A DNA stretch of 64,000 nucleotides from an uncultured Planctomycetaceae bacterium (GCA_963833985.1 CAWIAD010000002.1:4256001-4320000), one strand, 5' to 3'. Shown: positions 1 through 10,720, counted from the stretch's first letter. Made by a program: numbers and translations. Notes: generated by a model not told the origin, from the letters alone.

Positions 1-3
1 TAC

Positions 4-555
4 ATGCTTCCCTTCGGATTGGTCTGCGTGGCCGGTTCTTCCTACTGGTCGGCCCACCTCAACCTGGATGCGTCTCCCTTCACCATCGTGGCGCCCCGCT
101 GCTTGCTCATGCTCGGGGTCGGCTTCCTGTTCGTACCGCTGAACAACGCAGCCTACCTTTACCTGCCGAAGGGCCAGATCAACAACGCCACGGGCCTGTT
201 CAACATGCTGCGCAACGAGGGAGGATCGCTGGGAATCGCCATCGCCGCGACGATGCTCGACCGCCGGGCTCAGCTCCACCAGCTCCGGCTGGCGGAGCAT
301 ATCGTGCCGACCAACCCCTGGCTGGACCGCACCGTTGAGCAGCTCAGCGGGCTGCGCATGCTGCGGGGAGGGGTCTCGTCGATCAGCGGGCACGACCAGG
401 CCATGGGACTGGTCTCCAGCATGGTGCGCCAGCAGGGCCGCCTCATGGCCTATCTCGATGTCTTCTGGCTCTTCTGGATCATCGTCCTGGCGACGATTCC
501 CGTGGTGTTCTTGCTCAAGAAGTCCGTGGCACGAGGCGAGCTGGCCGCACACTGA
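4..555 (+). CDS. MFS DHA2 (EmrB/QacA) efflux transporter, C-terminal part (truncated by window edge)
   Basis: Hydrophobic helices; motifs GFLFVPL, ATGLFNMLRNEGGSLGIA and terminal AYLDVF typical of DHA2 permeases. Confidence 0.85.
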   Translation: MLPFGLVCVAGSSYWSAHLNLDASPFTIVAPRCLLMLGVGFLFVPLNNAAYLYLPKGQINNATGLFNMLRNEGGSLGIAIAATMLDRRAQLHQLRLAEHIVPTNPWLDRTVEQLSGLRMLRGGVSSISGHDQAMGLVSSMVRQQGRLMAYLDVFWLFWIIVLATIPVVFLLKKSVARGELAAH

Positions 556-830
556 GAGGCTCTGCCCAGCGGGGCGCAGCGTGTCGCGCGAATCTCGTCC
601 GCATCACGGATCGAGTGTTCCCGATCCCGTCAATAAAACCGCGCCGGCACCTGGCCAGTGGCACTGAGCAGCCCTCGGCACATTCCAGGCTCTCGGATGC
701 AAAGTCTTTCAGGATACGAACGAAGCAACGGAACGGCAGAGCCGGGAAGGGCCGTTGACGAAACGCCCGGACAGAGGCGGGGCAGCATCGAGCATGTTCC
801 GAAATGAAACTCATCAAGAATCGCGAGCAC

Positions 831-846
831 TGGCACGCAGCTTGCT
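831..846 (+). promoter_or_regulatory. sigma54 (-24/-12) promoter upstream of csbD
   Basis: TGGCACGCAGCTTGCT matches TGGCAC-N5-TTGCW exactly; about 200 bp upstream of the csbD start. Confidence 0.7.
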
Positions 847-1049
847 CCTCTCTCCTGATGTTTCATTGGGCGTGCATCAACTCTGGGGCGCCATGGTTCC
901 TCGCGATAAAGGGAACCGACGCTCCGGGTCAGGTCAGGGACGATCAGAGACGATGTTCCATCCAGGAGCGCGTGCTCAATCGGTTTGAGCCGTGCGGCGC
1001 CACGCAGGAATTGCGAGCCAATTCCGCTCACATTGAGGAGGTTGCGACG

Positions 1050-1493
1050 ATGGCGATCAATGTTCAGGGGCTGCAAGGCCACTGGAATGAGCTCAAGGGG
1101 GAAGTGAAGAAGCGCTGGGGACAGCTCAGCGAGGACGACCTGAAGTGGTCTGGTGGCAACATCGACCAGCTCGTGGGCCGGATCCAGCAGCGGACGGGCG
1201 AGACGCGTGACGCGATCGAGAAGTACCTGGACCAGTTGACCTCGCACGGCGGCTCCGCGGTCTCCAGCGCTGTCGAGTCGGTCGGCTCGTACGCCCAGCA
1301 GGTTTCCCACAGGCTGCGCGACCATTACGGCGACATGTCCGAGCAGGCTCAGGAAGGATACGTGACGGCGCGCGATTACGTGAGCCGCAATCCGATGCCG
1401 TGGATTGGCCTGGCCTTCGGCCTGGGCGTGCTGACGGGCGTCCTCATGGGCGGCAGCAGCCACTCGAGTTCATCACACCGCCGCTATTTCTGA
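1050..1493 (+). CDS. CsbD family stress protein with C-terminal ElaB/YqjD-like membrane tail
   Basis: GHWNELKGEVKKRWGQLSEDDL...LVGRIQQRTG; tail YVSRNPMPWIGLAFGLGVLTG; RBS GAGGAG at 1035-1040. Confidence 0.85.
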   Translation: MAINVQGLQGHWNELKGEVKKRWGQLSEDDLKWSGGNIDQLVGRIQQRTGETRDAIEKYLDQLTSHGGSAVSSAVESVGSYAQQVSHRLRDHYGDMSEQAQEGYVTARDYVSRNPMPWIGLAFGLGVLTGVLMGGSSHSSSSHRRYF

Positions 1494-1643
1494 GCGTGCG
1501 GAATGGCACTCAGCCCCGGTCGTGTCTCTCAAGAGCGTTGTGGTCGGCCTTGCCGCTGAGGATCAGGAAGGTCTTGATCCGTTCGGCGAGCGCCGACCTT
1601 CTTTTTGCCCCTGGCATGCCATTCTCAAGAAGGAGAAATCCCC

Positions 1644-1823
1644 ATGTTGCGGTTGGCCATCCTCTTCGCGGTCATCGCGATCGTTGCAGCGGGCCTTGGT
1701 TTTTACGGGCTGAGCGACGTCTCGGCCAATTTTGCCAAGTTCTTCGCGCTCATCTTCGCCGTCCTGTTCGTGGTGGCTCTCATTGCCGGAGCACGCATCT
1801 TCGGCGGACCATCGACGGTCTAG
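1644..1823 (+). CDS. DUF1328 (UPF0391) small membrane protein
   Basis: MLRLAILFAVIAIVAAGLGF...AKFFALIFAVLFVVAL; RBS AGGAG. Confidence 0.85.
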   Translation: MLRLAILFAVIAIVAAGLGFYGLSDVSANFAKFFALIFAVLFVVALIAGARIFGGPSTV

Positions 1824-1994
1824 CTTGTGCTGGGCCGTCGTTCCGGTGACCATGAGACGCAATTGCAGCAAGCCATGGAGGCCTCGCCGCTGACAGGCGA
1901 GGTCGCGTGAAGACCCGGCGCCGGTGGCGGCCCGGTCTTGGGCTCCAGGCCGGTGAGCCATCTGATCGGTCAGGACTGCCTGGCTTCGCCGGTG

Positions 1995-2828
1995 CTAACC
2001 CGGCCCGTTCTCGTTGCGCTTGCTTCGTGGCTTGCTGCTTCTGTGCGTTCCTCTGGAAACCTCTGGCATATCGTGCTCGTGGCGGTCCAGCTCGCACCAG
2101 GGACCGTGGCTGCGGAACCGTGGCTCAGGGAGAGCCTCGGCGAGTTCCAGCGCCTCTGCGCGATCCAGATCGTCGATCCGAGTGCCAGCTCCGCGGAAGA
2201 TTTGCAGGCCGCGCTGGCGCGCGATGATCTCGCGCCGGGTCCTTCCCTCCGGTGCGTCCGGCCATGGCCCCTCCTGGTCTCGCAGCGCGAAGAAATGCGG
2301 GATCACCCGCACCATGTAGTTCCAGTAATCCGGGTTATCGGTCTGGACGACGAACGTCCCTGAGGCCGCCAGCACCCGGTGAACGTCGGCCAGGAACCGC
2401 GGTGTGACGAGCCGTCGGTGCGCTTGACGCGGCTGATGATAGGGCTGAGGATGGTAGAGGTGAACCTCGGCGACCGAGCCGTCGGCGACGTAGGTGCCAA
2501 GGAAGTTCTGCGCGTCCTTGACGATGAAGCGCACGTGGTGCAGCCCGCGCTGGTTGGCTCTCCTCGTGGCGTAACGGATCACCATGGGCAGCTCATCGAC
2601 GGCGCAGTGGTTGAGCTCCGGGCGTGCCACCGCACTGCCGAGTGTGAAGCGTCCATTGCCGCAGCCGAGATCAAGCACAACCGGGGCGTTGCGGCCGAAG
2701 AGTGCGGCCCAGTCCAGCGGCCCCTGTTCCGGAAGCCGTTTCACGGCCGTCCGAGCCCACTCCGCCGGGGGCAGGATGCGGCCGGGAATCGCTACGCCAA
2801 GCTCGTATTCTCGTTCCGAAGGTTGCAT
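1995..2828 (-). CDS. trmB: tRNA (guanine-N7)-methyltransferase
   Basis: LDWAALFGRNAPVVLDLGCGNG, HPQPY...RRLV, QTDNPDY motifs. Confidence 0.8.
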   Translation of the reverse strand: MQPSEREYELGVAIPGRILPPAEWARTAVKRLPEQGPLDWAALFGRNAPVVLDLGCGNGRFTLGSAVARPELNHCAVDELPMVIRYATRRANQRGLHHVRFIVKDAQNFLGTYVADGSVAEVHLYHPQPYHQPRQAHRRLVTPRFLADVHRVLAASGTFVVQTDNPDYWNYMVRVIPHFFALRDQEGPWPDAPEGRTRREIIARQRGLQIFRGAGTRIDDLDRAEALELAEALPEPRFRSHGPWCELDRHEHDMPEVSRGTHRSSKPRSKRNENGPG

Positions 2829-2957
2829 GAGTCGCTCGCGAGTGTGGCACGTGGTGCCTGACCGCCAGGGTTCCGGGTCCGCATGCCTTCCGCTATCCTT
2901 GTGTCAGGTCCCAGGGCGGCAAACCGAACAGCTCCGTGGTCTGGAGGTCACGCCAGG

Positions 2958-3326
2958 ATGAGCCGGTCCTCAATCCTCACACAACTGATGGACATCATCA
3001 ACGAGCGCAGGCGGAATCCCGATGCAGCGACCTCCTACGTCGCCGGACTGATGACGGCGGGCGTCCCGCGAATCGGCGAGAAGATCGTCGAGGAAGCGTC
3101 AGAGGTGGTCGAGGCCGGCGGCGAGCCGGGCGAGGCAGGGAGGGAGCATTTGGTCAAGGAAGTTGCCGATCTTGTCTTTCACGCGATGGTGCTGCTGGGA
3201 TACCGTGATCTGCACTGGGACGACGTGGAGGCGGAGCTGGGCCGACGGGCGGGAATCAGCGGGCTGGCGGAAAAAGCCGCACGGTCACGTGCCAGCGGCG
3301 AGGCGAACGTGGCGAGCGGCGACTGA
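2958..3326 (+). CDS. hisE: phosphoribosyl-ATP pyrophosphatase
   Basis: SYVAGL...IGEKIVEEASEV...EVADLVFH...V.AEL.RR.GISGL.EKAAR. Confidence 0.92.
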   Translation: MSRSSILTQLMDIINERRRNPDAATSYVAGLMTAGVPRIGEKIVEEASEVVEAGGEPGEAGREHLVKEVADLVFHAMVLLGYRDLHWDDVEAELGRRAGISGLAEKAARSRASGEANVASGD

Positions 3327-3388
3327 ACCGTGACGATGCGCAAACCAGCGATGGCGAGCGAATCCGGGGATGTGAGACGGAGGGGTTC

Positions 3389-6300
3389 ATGATTCCAGTG
3401 CGGTGCCGGACGGGGGTCAGATCAGGGTCCATGCGGCTCGGTTTCGTCGGGCTGGCAGCAGTGATCGGGCTGGCGACGGTTTTCTTCCCTCGGGCGTCCA
3501 CGGCCCAGCAAGAGGCCACGACGCCGCACTGGATCTGGCGTGCCGATCCCGGGAATCCGCAGGCGCGGACGTTCCCGGCGCAGACCTGCTACTTCCGCAA
3601 GACGTTCAGCGTCAAGGAAGTCTCGCGGCTGGCCATTGACATCACCGCCGACAACGCCTTCACGAGCTTCCTCGATGGAAAGCCGGTGGCCGAAGGAATC
3701 GACTGGAACACTCCCCAGCATGTGGCGGCCACCATTGGCATTGGCCCTCACGTCCTGGCCGTCCGGGCATCGAACGAGGGTCCGGGACCGGCTGGATTGC
3801 TGGTGCGGGGAGGCGTTCTGCCACTCGGCCAGGGAGTACCGATCCAGAGCAATGCGACGTGGCGAACCGCCGCCCTTGTCCCTGACGGCGAGAGCTGGAC
3901 CCGCCTGAATTTTGATGAGAGCGAGTGGAGCCGTGCCCTCGACCTGGGTGCCCTGGGCATCGACCCCTGGGGACGTCTGGCTGTTGAGGGTGACGACCCT
4001 TCCAGCCGTTACCGCGTGCCGGAAGGCTTCGCCATCGAGACGGCGGCACCTCCTTCGTTGACCGGCTCGGTCGTCGCGTTCACCTTTGATCCCGCCGGCT
4101 TGCCTTGCGTTTCCGTCGAGCGCGGGCCAATCGTGCGGCTCTTCGATGACGACCACGACGGCCATTACGACCGCCGCCAGACGATCACGCCCCAGATGAA
4201 CAACTGCCAGGGGCTCTCCTTCATCAGGGACCATCTCTACGCTGTAGGCGATGGCCCGAACGGCACGGGTTTGTACCGGCTCGACGACCGCGACCAGAAT
4301 GGCGTGTACGAACATACCGAGCTGGTGCGCGGGACGAACGGCGGCATGGGTGAGCATGGTCCGCATGCGGTGGCCCAGGGACCCGACGGCAAGCTCTATT
4401 ACAACAACGGCAACCACGCCCATTTGAAGCCCCCCGTCGATCCGGCCAGCCCGGTGAACATCGCCTACGAGGGCGAGCTGCTGCCGCACTTCAACGACTC
4501 GCGCGGGCATGCGGCCGGGATCATGGCGCCCGGTGGCGAGATCTACCGCAGCGATGACGAGGGCCGCACCTGGAAACGGGTCGCAGCGGGTTTCCGCAAC
4601 GAGTACGACTTCGCCTTCAACCGGGACGGCGAGCTGTTCTCCTTCGACAGCGACATGGAGTGGGACGTCGGCCTTCCCTGGTACCGTCCCGTCCGGGTCG
4701 TGCATTGCCCGCTGGGCGTCGAGTTCGGCTGGCGCAACGGCTCGGGCAAGTGGCCGACGTACAACTTCGACAGCCTGCCGGCGATCCTCGACGTCGGCCG
4801 CGGCAGCCCCACCGGTGTGACCTTCTACCAGGCATCCCAGTTCCCGGCGGACTACCACGACCGGTTCCTCATCTGCGACTGGTCGCAGGGGCGGATCCTG
4901 GCTGTGAAAGCTGAGCCGGAGGGGGCCGGCTACAAGGCCTCCGCGACGGAGCTGGTGACCGGCCAGCCGCTGAACTGCACGGACATCGAGGTCGGTCCTG
5001 AAGGCGCCGTGTACTTCACCACCGGCGGCCGGGGCACGCAGGGCGGGCTCTACCGCGTGCGCTCAACTCGGAACACAGCCCGGCCCAGGATGGGCGCGGT
5101 GGAGGCGCCCTGGATCCAGGCGATTCACCTTGATTCTCCCCTGGCGAGCTTCTCTCTGCGCCAGGCCGCGGACCTGCGCCGGAAATCCGGGGCCGAATGG
5201 GATCGGGAGCTGATTGCCGAGGTCCGCGACGTGAGCCGGATGCGCTCGCCCCAGCACCGCGTCCGGGCGCTCGAGCTGCTCTGCCAGGTCGGTCCAGAAC
5301 CCTCCGAGGAGCTGCTCCGAGAGCTGGCCGCCGATCACGAGGTGCGAGTTCGGGCCCGGGCCGTGAGCTTGCTGGGCCTGCACGCGACTCCCCAAGCACG
5401 CACCACACTGACGGAGGCGCTGTCCGACGCCAGTCCGATCGTCCGCCGCCACGCTTGCGAGAGCCTGATGCAGCAGCCGGCCGCGGAGATTCCCGTCGGC
5501 AAGCTGATACCGCTGCTGGCGGATGCCGACCGCTTCATCCGATTTGCCGCACGCATCGCCATCGAGCACGGAGAACTGCTCAGCCACCGCGATCGGCTAC
5601 TCACCCTCGAGAACCCGCGCATGAGCGTGCAGGCCATGCTTGCCGTTGTCCGCGGCACGCGACTGGTACGGGACGACCAGCAAAAGCTCTTGAGCCGCGA
5701 GATCGCCCAGCTCGCCAGCGGGCCTGAACCCGGGGTCGGGCTCGACCTGTTGCGGCTCATCGGTCTGACCATCCTGCTGGGACCCGAGAAGGCGGATGCG
5801 GGGCCGCTGGCTGCCTTGAAGCCTCTCTTGCTCGCACGCTTCTCGACCTCCGCCGATTCCCCGGCCAATCGCGAGACCGCAAGGCTGCTGGCGTTCCTCG
5901 ATGAGCCAGGCGCGGTCAAGCTCATCCTGGAGCACCAGTCGCGGGTCGCCGATCACCAGTCCCAGATTCACGACGCCTACTGCTTGCGGGCCCTGAAGCA
6001 CGGCTGGACGAGCCGGGACAAGCAGCAGCTCTGGTCCTGGTTCCAGGCCGCAAGCCAGTGGGAGGGCGGATACAGCTTCGCCGGCTACCTCGATTACATG
6101 ATCCAGGATCTGACCGCGCTGCTTACCGAGCCGGAGCGAAGCCAGTACCTGGCGCACGGCGAGCAGTTTCCGTTCCCCACGCGGGTGCTGGTGCGCGAAC
6201 AGCACATCGACCAGAATCCCCGCAGCGTCGCGGCAATTGTCGCGCTCTACGGCCGCGTGATCGCTGGGCCGCAGGCGGGTGCCCAGGGCCAGGACCTGTG

Positions 6301-7252
6301 CGCGGCAATCCTTGAAAAACTGGGCAGAAGCACGTCCGGGGAGGCCCACTCGGCCCTCCGCACGCTGATCGCCAGCGACCCCTCCCGGCGCGATCAACTG
6401 GCGCGGGCGATCGCGGATCATCCGTCGGAATCGGATCTTCCCATTTTGGTCAGTGCGCTGACGTCCACCGATCCTAACACCACCAGTCTGGTCATCCGCG
6501 CCTTGCGGCGGATCGACGCCAGCCCCCAGGGGCCGGAGGCCCTGGCCAACCTGATTCGCCTGGCACGGCGCACCGGCCCGTCCAGCCGGCGTTTTCTCGA
6601 CGAGCTCGCGGGCCGCTGGACCGGCGTGAGCCGGCCGTCTGCTGCGAACAGCTTCGATCAGGCGCTGCGAGCCTGGGAAGACGCTTACCGCAAGCGCTAT
6701 CCGACGGCCCCTGCCCTGACCGCCGTGGAGACGCCCGGCGCCCACGCGTACGACCTGCCCCAACTGATCGGAAACGTCCTGCAAGGTGAAGTGCGGAAGA
6801 CGGCCTCGCCGGCACGTGGGGCGGAGGTGATCACACGGGCCCGCTGCCTGGACTGCCACAAGTTCGGCGACAAGGGCGCTGGGCTGGGCCCGGACCTGAC
6901 CACCGTGAACAGCCGTTTCCGTCCCACCGAGATCGTCGAATCGATCGTCATGCCCTCCAAGGTGATCTCCGACCAGTACAGGTCGGTCACCGTGGCCACG
7001 CAGGACGGCAAGCTCTACGCGGGCATGCCGATCGTCAGCGACGGACCGAATCTCGTGCTGCTGCTGTCGGACGGGACCAAGACCACCATCCCCAAGTCGG
7101 AGATCGAGGAGCAAAAAGCCTCGGCGATCTCGGTCATGCCGGAAGGCCTGCTGAATGCGTTGAGCTACCAGGAGATCGCGGATCTGCTGGCGCTCTTCGA
7201 TTCCATGCCGCGCGTGGCAACGCCCGCGGACGCGGCCGCGAAGGGGAAGTGA
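3389..7252 (+). CDS. PVC-type heme-binding protein: carbohydrate-binding-like N-domain, glucose/sorbosone dehydrogenase-like propeller, HEAT repeats, cytochrome c domain
   Basis: Signal peptide; GEHGPH, GFRN.YD, DSDMEWD.G.PWYRP, GRGSPTG; HEAT repeats; CLDCH followed by GPDLT and SVMPEGL; start may be ATG 3431. Confidence 0.85.
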   Translation: MIPVRCRTGVRSGSMRLGFVGLAAVIGLATVFFPRASTAQQEATTPHWIWRADPGNPQARTFPAQTCYFRKTFSVKEVSRLAIDITADNAFTSFLDGKPVAEGIDWNTPQHVAATIGIGPHVLAVRASNEGPGPAGLLVRGGVLPLGQGVPIQSNATWRTAALVPDGESWTRLNFDESEWSRALDLGALGIDPWGRLAVEGDDPSSRYRVPEGFAIETAAPPSLTGSVVAFTFDPAGLPCVSVERGPIVRLFDDDHDGHYDRRQTITPQMNNCQGLSFIRDHLYAVGDGPNGTGLYRLDDRDQNGVYEHTELVRGTNGGMGEHGPHAVAQGPDGKLYYNNGNHAHLKPPVDPASPVNIAYEGELLPHFNDSRGHAAGIMAPGGEIYRSDDEGRTWKRVAAGFRNEYDFAFNRDGELFSFDSDMEWDVGLPWYRPVRVVHCPLGVEFGWRNGSGKWPTYNFDSLPAILDVGRGSPTGVTFYQASQFPADYHDRFLICDWSQGRILAVKAEPEGAGYKASATELVTGQPLNCTDIEVGPEGAVYFTTGGRGTQGGLYRVRSTRNTARPRMGAVEAPWIQAIHLDSPLASFSLRQAADLRRKSGAEWDRELIAEVRDVSRMRSPQHRVRALELLCQVGPEPSEELLRELAADHEVRVRARAVSLLGLHATPQARTTLTEALSDASPIVRRHACESLMQQPAAEIPVGKLIPLLADADRFIRFAARIAIEHGELLSHRDRLLTLENPRMSVQAMLAVVRGTRLVRDDQQKLLSREIAQLASGPEPGVGLDLLRLIGLTILLGPEKADAGPLAALKPLLLARFSTSADSPANRETARLLAFLDEPGAVKLILEHQSRVADHQSQIHDAYCLRALKHGWTSRDKQQLWSWFQAASQWEGGYSFAGYLDYMIQDLTALLTEPERSQYLAHGEQFPFPTRVLVREQHIDQNPRSVAAIVALYGRVIAGPQAGAQGQDLCAAILEKLGRSTSGEAHSALRTLIASDPSRRDQLARAIADHPSESDLPILVSALTSTDPNTTSLVIRALRRIDASPQGPEALANLIRLARRTGPSSRRFLDELAGRWTGVSRPSAANSFDQALRAWEDAYRKRYPTAPALTAVETPGAHAYDLPQLIGNVLQGEVRKTASPARGAEVITRARCLDCHKFGDKGAGLGPDLTTVNSRFRPTEIVESIVMPSKVISDQYRSVTVATQDGKLYAGMPIVSDGPNLVLLLSDGTKTTIPKSEIEEQKASAISVMPEGLLNALSYQEIADLLALFDSMPRVATPADAAAKGK

Positions 7253-7336
7253 CGGCAATTTGGAGCGGACGTGGGTTGAACCCGAGAGTTCGCTTCGAGC
7301 AGGTCCTCCCTGCGGCTCCCCCCTGCGCGATCCACA

Positions 7337-7364
7337 TTGACAGGGTCAAGGAAGGTCTTACCCT
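7337..7364 (+). promoter_or_regulatory. putative sigma70 promoter for the DUF1559 gene
   Basis: TTGACA-N16-TACCCT, overlapped by inverted repeat CAGGGT..ACCCTG. Confidence 0.35.
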
Positions 7365-7409
7365 GAACCGAGCGACCGCGGACCTATCATCACCGGCAAG
7401 GGGACTCAC

Positions 7410-8414
7410 ATGCGCTCGCTTCGTCGGCCGCAAGGGGAACGGGCCTTCACCCTGATCGAGGTGCTGGCGGTCATCGTCATCGTCGGTGTCTTGGTCGGCC
7501 TGCTGCTGCCCGCCGTTCAGGCGGCGCGCGAGGGGGCTCGCCGGGTCCAGTGTCAAAACAACCTGAAACAGATCGGCCTGGCACTGCACGGGTATCATGA
7601 CGCGTGGTACACCTTCCCGCCGGCTTATCTGGCCGCGTACTCGGTGCCACCGGACCCGCCGGCCCCGGGTCTTGAGCTCGGTGCGGGCTGGGCGTGGGGG
7701 ACGCTGATCCTGCCCTACCTGGAGCAGAGGCCGGTGTACGATGCCGCGAACTTCGACTTCGGATTCGGCAGCGCTGATTCGACCGACCCCCGCGGTCTCC
7801 TTGGCCTGAGTGTAAACCGGACCGTGATGCAGATCAGTGTCTCCACGTTCCTTTGCCCGAGCGCCGGGGGCGGCGAGGGGCCGATTGACCTGGGTTACGA
7901 TTCGGCCCACGTCTTCGGCTCTCCGGGCCACTACATCGCCTCGGCAGGCTGGATGGACTCCTCACGGTCGCCGGTCCACGGCACGGGCGTACTTTACCCG
8001 AACAGCGGAACCGCCATCGGTGATGTCAGCGACGGGACGAGCGCGACGCTTTTGATCGGTGAGCGATCGCGCAACCTCGCCGATGTCGCCTGGTCGGGCT
8101 CGCTCGGCAGCCGATCGTCACCCGCCCCGCTCTGCACCAAGGTGGGCTGGCCCGTCGAATCCTGCGTCGGTCTGATGTTCCTGCTCATGGGCAGGACGGG
8201 CCCTGCTGGCGACATCGTCAGTGGCGCCATCCCCATCGGCAACACGCCGAATCTTCAGGGGGCCGACGGCTTCGCGAGCCGGCACCCCGGCGGATGCCAG
8301 TTCCTGATCTGCGACGGCTCGGTCCGGTTCATCAAGGAGACACTGTCCCCTCAGGTCTTCCAGGCGCTCGCGACGCGAGCCGGCTGCGAGATCGTCGAGG
8401 CCGAGCAGTATTGA
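7410..8414 (+). CDS. DUF1559 prepilin-type protein (H-X9-DG domain)
   Basis: [71 protein letters not shown]. Confidence 0.93.
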   Translation: MRSLRRPQGERAFTLIEVLAVIVIVGVLVGLLLPAVQAAREGARRVQCQNNLKQIGLALHGYHDAWYTFPPAYLAAYSVPPDPPAPGLELGAGWAWGTLILPYLEQRPVYDAANFDFGFGSADSTDPRGLLGLSVNRTVMQISVSTFLCPSAGGGEGPIDLGYDSAHVFGSPGHYIASAGWMDSSRSPVHGTGVLYPNSGTAIGDVSDGTSATLLIGERSRNLADVAWSGSLGSRSSPAPLCTKVGWPVESCVGLMFLLMGRTGPAGDIVSGAIPIGNTPNLQGADGFASRHPGGCQFLICDGSVRFIKETLSPQVFQALATRAGCEIVEAEQY

Positions 8415-8663
8415 ACCCGGAAGGGAAATGCATCGGAAAGCCCGTGAGTCTTCCTATGGTGCGAAGAGTTTGGTCATATCCAGGCCGCCTCCGCCTATCC
8501 TGTCATCCATCCCGGGCGCGATGAGCGATGCCTTCTTCAATCGAGCAATGGCCTGAAGCGGTGTCAGCTCGGGCTCCTGAGATAACAGAGTGCCCGCGAC
8601 ACCCGCGACGATGGCGGTGGAGAAGCTTGTTCCTGGTCCCTTGGCTCGCTCATAGCCACTCAG

Positions 8664-9461
8664 TCACGTCGTGACTGTGGCATTCGCCTTACCTCCTCGC
8701 GCTTGCTGCTCGGCCCAGTCGCGGTCATCGGGCGCGAGAGGCAAGGTGAGCGGGACCAGGTAATGGACCGACTCCGCGTAAGGCGCACCGTCGTAGGTCT
8801 GGGCAAAGACAGTCTTGAGATCGAGAGGCACATCAGGATCGGGAACCGCCAGGGGGATCGGAATGGCGGGCAGCTCGCGCCGGATCGACCAGCCGTAGAC
8901 GTCGGAATCCGGGACGCGGTTTGCTCGTGACACGAATGCATAGTAGTCACCCGCAGGCAAGAGACCGCCCATCGGTGGCCGCTCGCCGCCAACCAGGAGG
9001 TCGACCTCGACGACGTTGACCGGTTGCCTGATCCACTGCTTCCGCTTCTCGATGTACTCGATCCGTCCCGAGCCCGACTTGTTCGTCGGCGAGAGGATTT
9101 CAATGACCGTCACGAGGGACCGATCGGGGAGCCTTCTGATCTCGATCCAGCGCTCGCGAATCTCTTCAAGATCCCCGAGCGCAAGAGGAACCGAGACCGG
9201 CTCCAGCGTCGCCAGCGCCCCTCGGGCCGGTGAGCCGGAGCCATGATCTGCGCGGAGAACCGCAAGATCAGCCCGGTAGGACTTTGGTCCTTCCAAGGAA
9301 AGATCTACCAGGCTGATGCGTTGTTCGATGAAGGCTCCATAGTTTCTGGGAAGAACGGCTGTCAGAGCCCTGCGGCAATCACCGAGGAGCGCGGAATGAA
9401 AATCTTCCCAGTAGCCCTGGCTCTCGAGATAGGGGTCCATTCCCGGGAAAGGGCTTGGCAT
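8664..9461 (-). CDS. DUF4058 family protein
   Basis: MPSPFPGMDPYLE start; VTVIEILSPTNK; VEVDLL; IPIPL..PDPDVPLDL. Confidence 0.92.
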   Translation of the reverse strand: MPSPFPGMDPYLESQGYWEDFHSALLGDCRRALTAVLPRNYGAFIEQRISLVDLSLEGPKSYRADLAVLRADHGSGSPARGALATLEPVSVPLALGDLEEIRERWIEIRRLPDRSLVTVIEILSPTNKSGSGRIEYIEKRKQWIRQPVNVVEVDLLVGGERPPMGGLLPAGDYYAFVSRANRVPDSDVYGWSIRRELPAIPIPLAVPDPDVPLDLKTVFAQTYDGAPYAESVHYLVPLTLPLAPDDRDWAEQQARGGKANATVTT

Positions 9462-9655
9462 CGGCAATTCGCCTCTCTGAACGGAAACCGGGTCATACTT
9501 GTCCGTATTGTATTCCAGTTGTCTGCCGCATGTCGTGGGACCCGGTTCAGCTTCCTGGTCCATGAGCCTGAGCTTGTCGCTGGCTGGTCTCCGAACATAG
9601 GATATTCAGGCAGAGTCGCTGCTTGGAGGGGTCGTATCGGGGTCGTCGACATCGC

Positions 9656-10720
9656 ATGGCAAAACGCGTCGTTCTGGCGATGAGCGGAGGAGTGGACAGC
9701 TCGGTCGCGGCGTGCCTGCTCAAGGAGCAAGGGTACGACGTGATCGGCCTGTTCATGCGCACCGGATCCCATGCCATGGATGAAGAGCGGCGGGCGAAGA
9801 CGTGCTGTAGCGTGGCCGATGCACTCGATGCCCAGCGTGTGGCCGACCGGCTCGATATCCCATTCTACGCGCTCGACTTCGAGCACGAATTCGGGCGCAT
9901 CAAGGATTACTTTGCCGACGAATACGTGGCCGGCCGGACCCCGAACCCGTGCGTGATGTGCAACATCTGGCTGAAGTTCGGCAAGCTCTGGTCCTACGGC
10001 AAGCAGGTGGGCGCCGAATTCGTGGCCACCGGACATTATGCGCGAGTTGCACGCTCGGAGGATGGAACGCTCCGCGTCGCGCGGGGCAAGGACCTCGCCA
10101 AGGACCAGTCCTACGTGCTTTTCGGTCTCAGGAGCGAACTGCTGCCGCACGTCCTTTTCCCCGTGGGCGCGCACAGCAAGGCCGAAATTCGAGCGCTCGC
10201 CCGGGCCCACGGCCTGCCCGTGCACGACAAGCCCGAAAGCCAGGAGATCTGCTTCGTGCCGGATGACGATTACCTCAACTTCGTCCGGGAGCACAGACCT
10301 GTTGAGGATCGCTCCGGGCCGATCGTCGACACCGAGGGCCACACCCTGAGCACACACAGCGGCATCGAGGGCTTCACCATCGGCCAGAGGCGCGGTCTTG
10401 GAGTCGCCCTCGGATCGCCTCGCTATGTCGTCCAGATCGAGCCGCTCAGCCGTACGGTGACGATCGGACGCCGCGAGGACCTGCTGCGCTCCGACTTGCA
10501 TGCGCGCCAGTTCAACTGGCAAGGGCCCGAGCCGCCCGCCGCCGTCTCCTGTCTGGCACAGGTTCGAGCCCATCATCAGGCCGTTCCAGCAACCGTGACT
10601 TCTTTGCCAGGCCAGCGAGCCCGAATCGCTTTCGAGACATCCCAGCCGGCAATCACTCCCGGCCAGGCCGTCACAGTGTACCAGGCTGATCTTGTGCTTG
10701 GGGGAGGATGGATCGAATAG
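9656..10720 (+). CDS. mnmA: tRNA 2-thiouridine(34) synthase
   Basis: AMSGGVDSS, GRTPNPCVMCN, ATGHY, KDQSY, SQEICF, TIGQRRGL, AITPGQ, LGGGWI. Confidence 0.97.
   Translation: MAKRVVLAMSGGVDSSVAACLLKEQGYDVIGLFMRTGSHAMDEERRAKTCCSVADALDAQRVADRLDIPFYALDFEHEFGRIKDYFADEYVAGRTPNPCVMCNIWLKFGKLWSYGKQVGAEFVATGHYARVARSEDGTLRVARGKDLAKDQSYVLFGLRSELLPHVLFPVGAHSKAEIRALARAHGLPVHDKPESQEICFVPDDDYLNFVREHRPVEDRSGPIVDTEGHTLSTHSGIEGFTIGQRRGLGVALGSPRYVVQIEPLSRTVTIGRREDLLRSDLHARQFNWQGPEPPAAVSCLAQVRAHHQAVPATVTSLPGQRARIAFETSQPAITPGQAVTVYQADLVLGGGWIE

Noticed and set aside
672..760. c-di-GMP-I riboswitch-like string (GGCACA..GGATGCAAAG..AGCCGGG)
   Set aside because: No GAAA tetraloop or receptor, P2 is weak, and it lies upstream of the sigma54 site; an Rfam scan would settle it.
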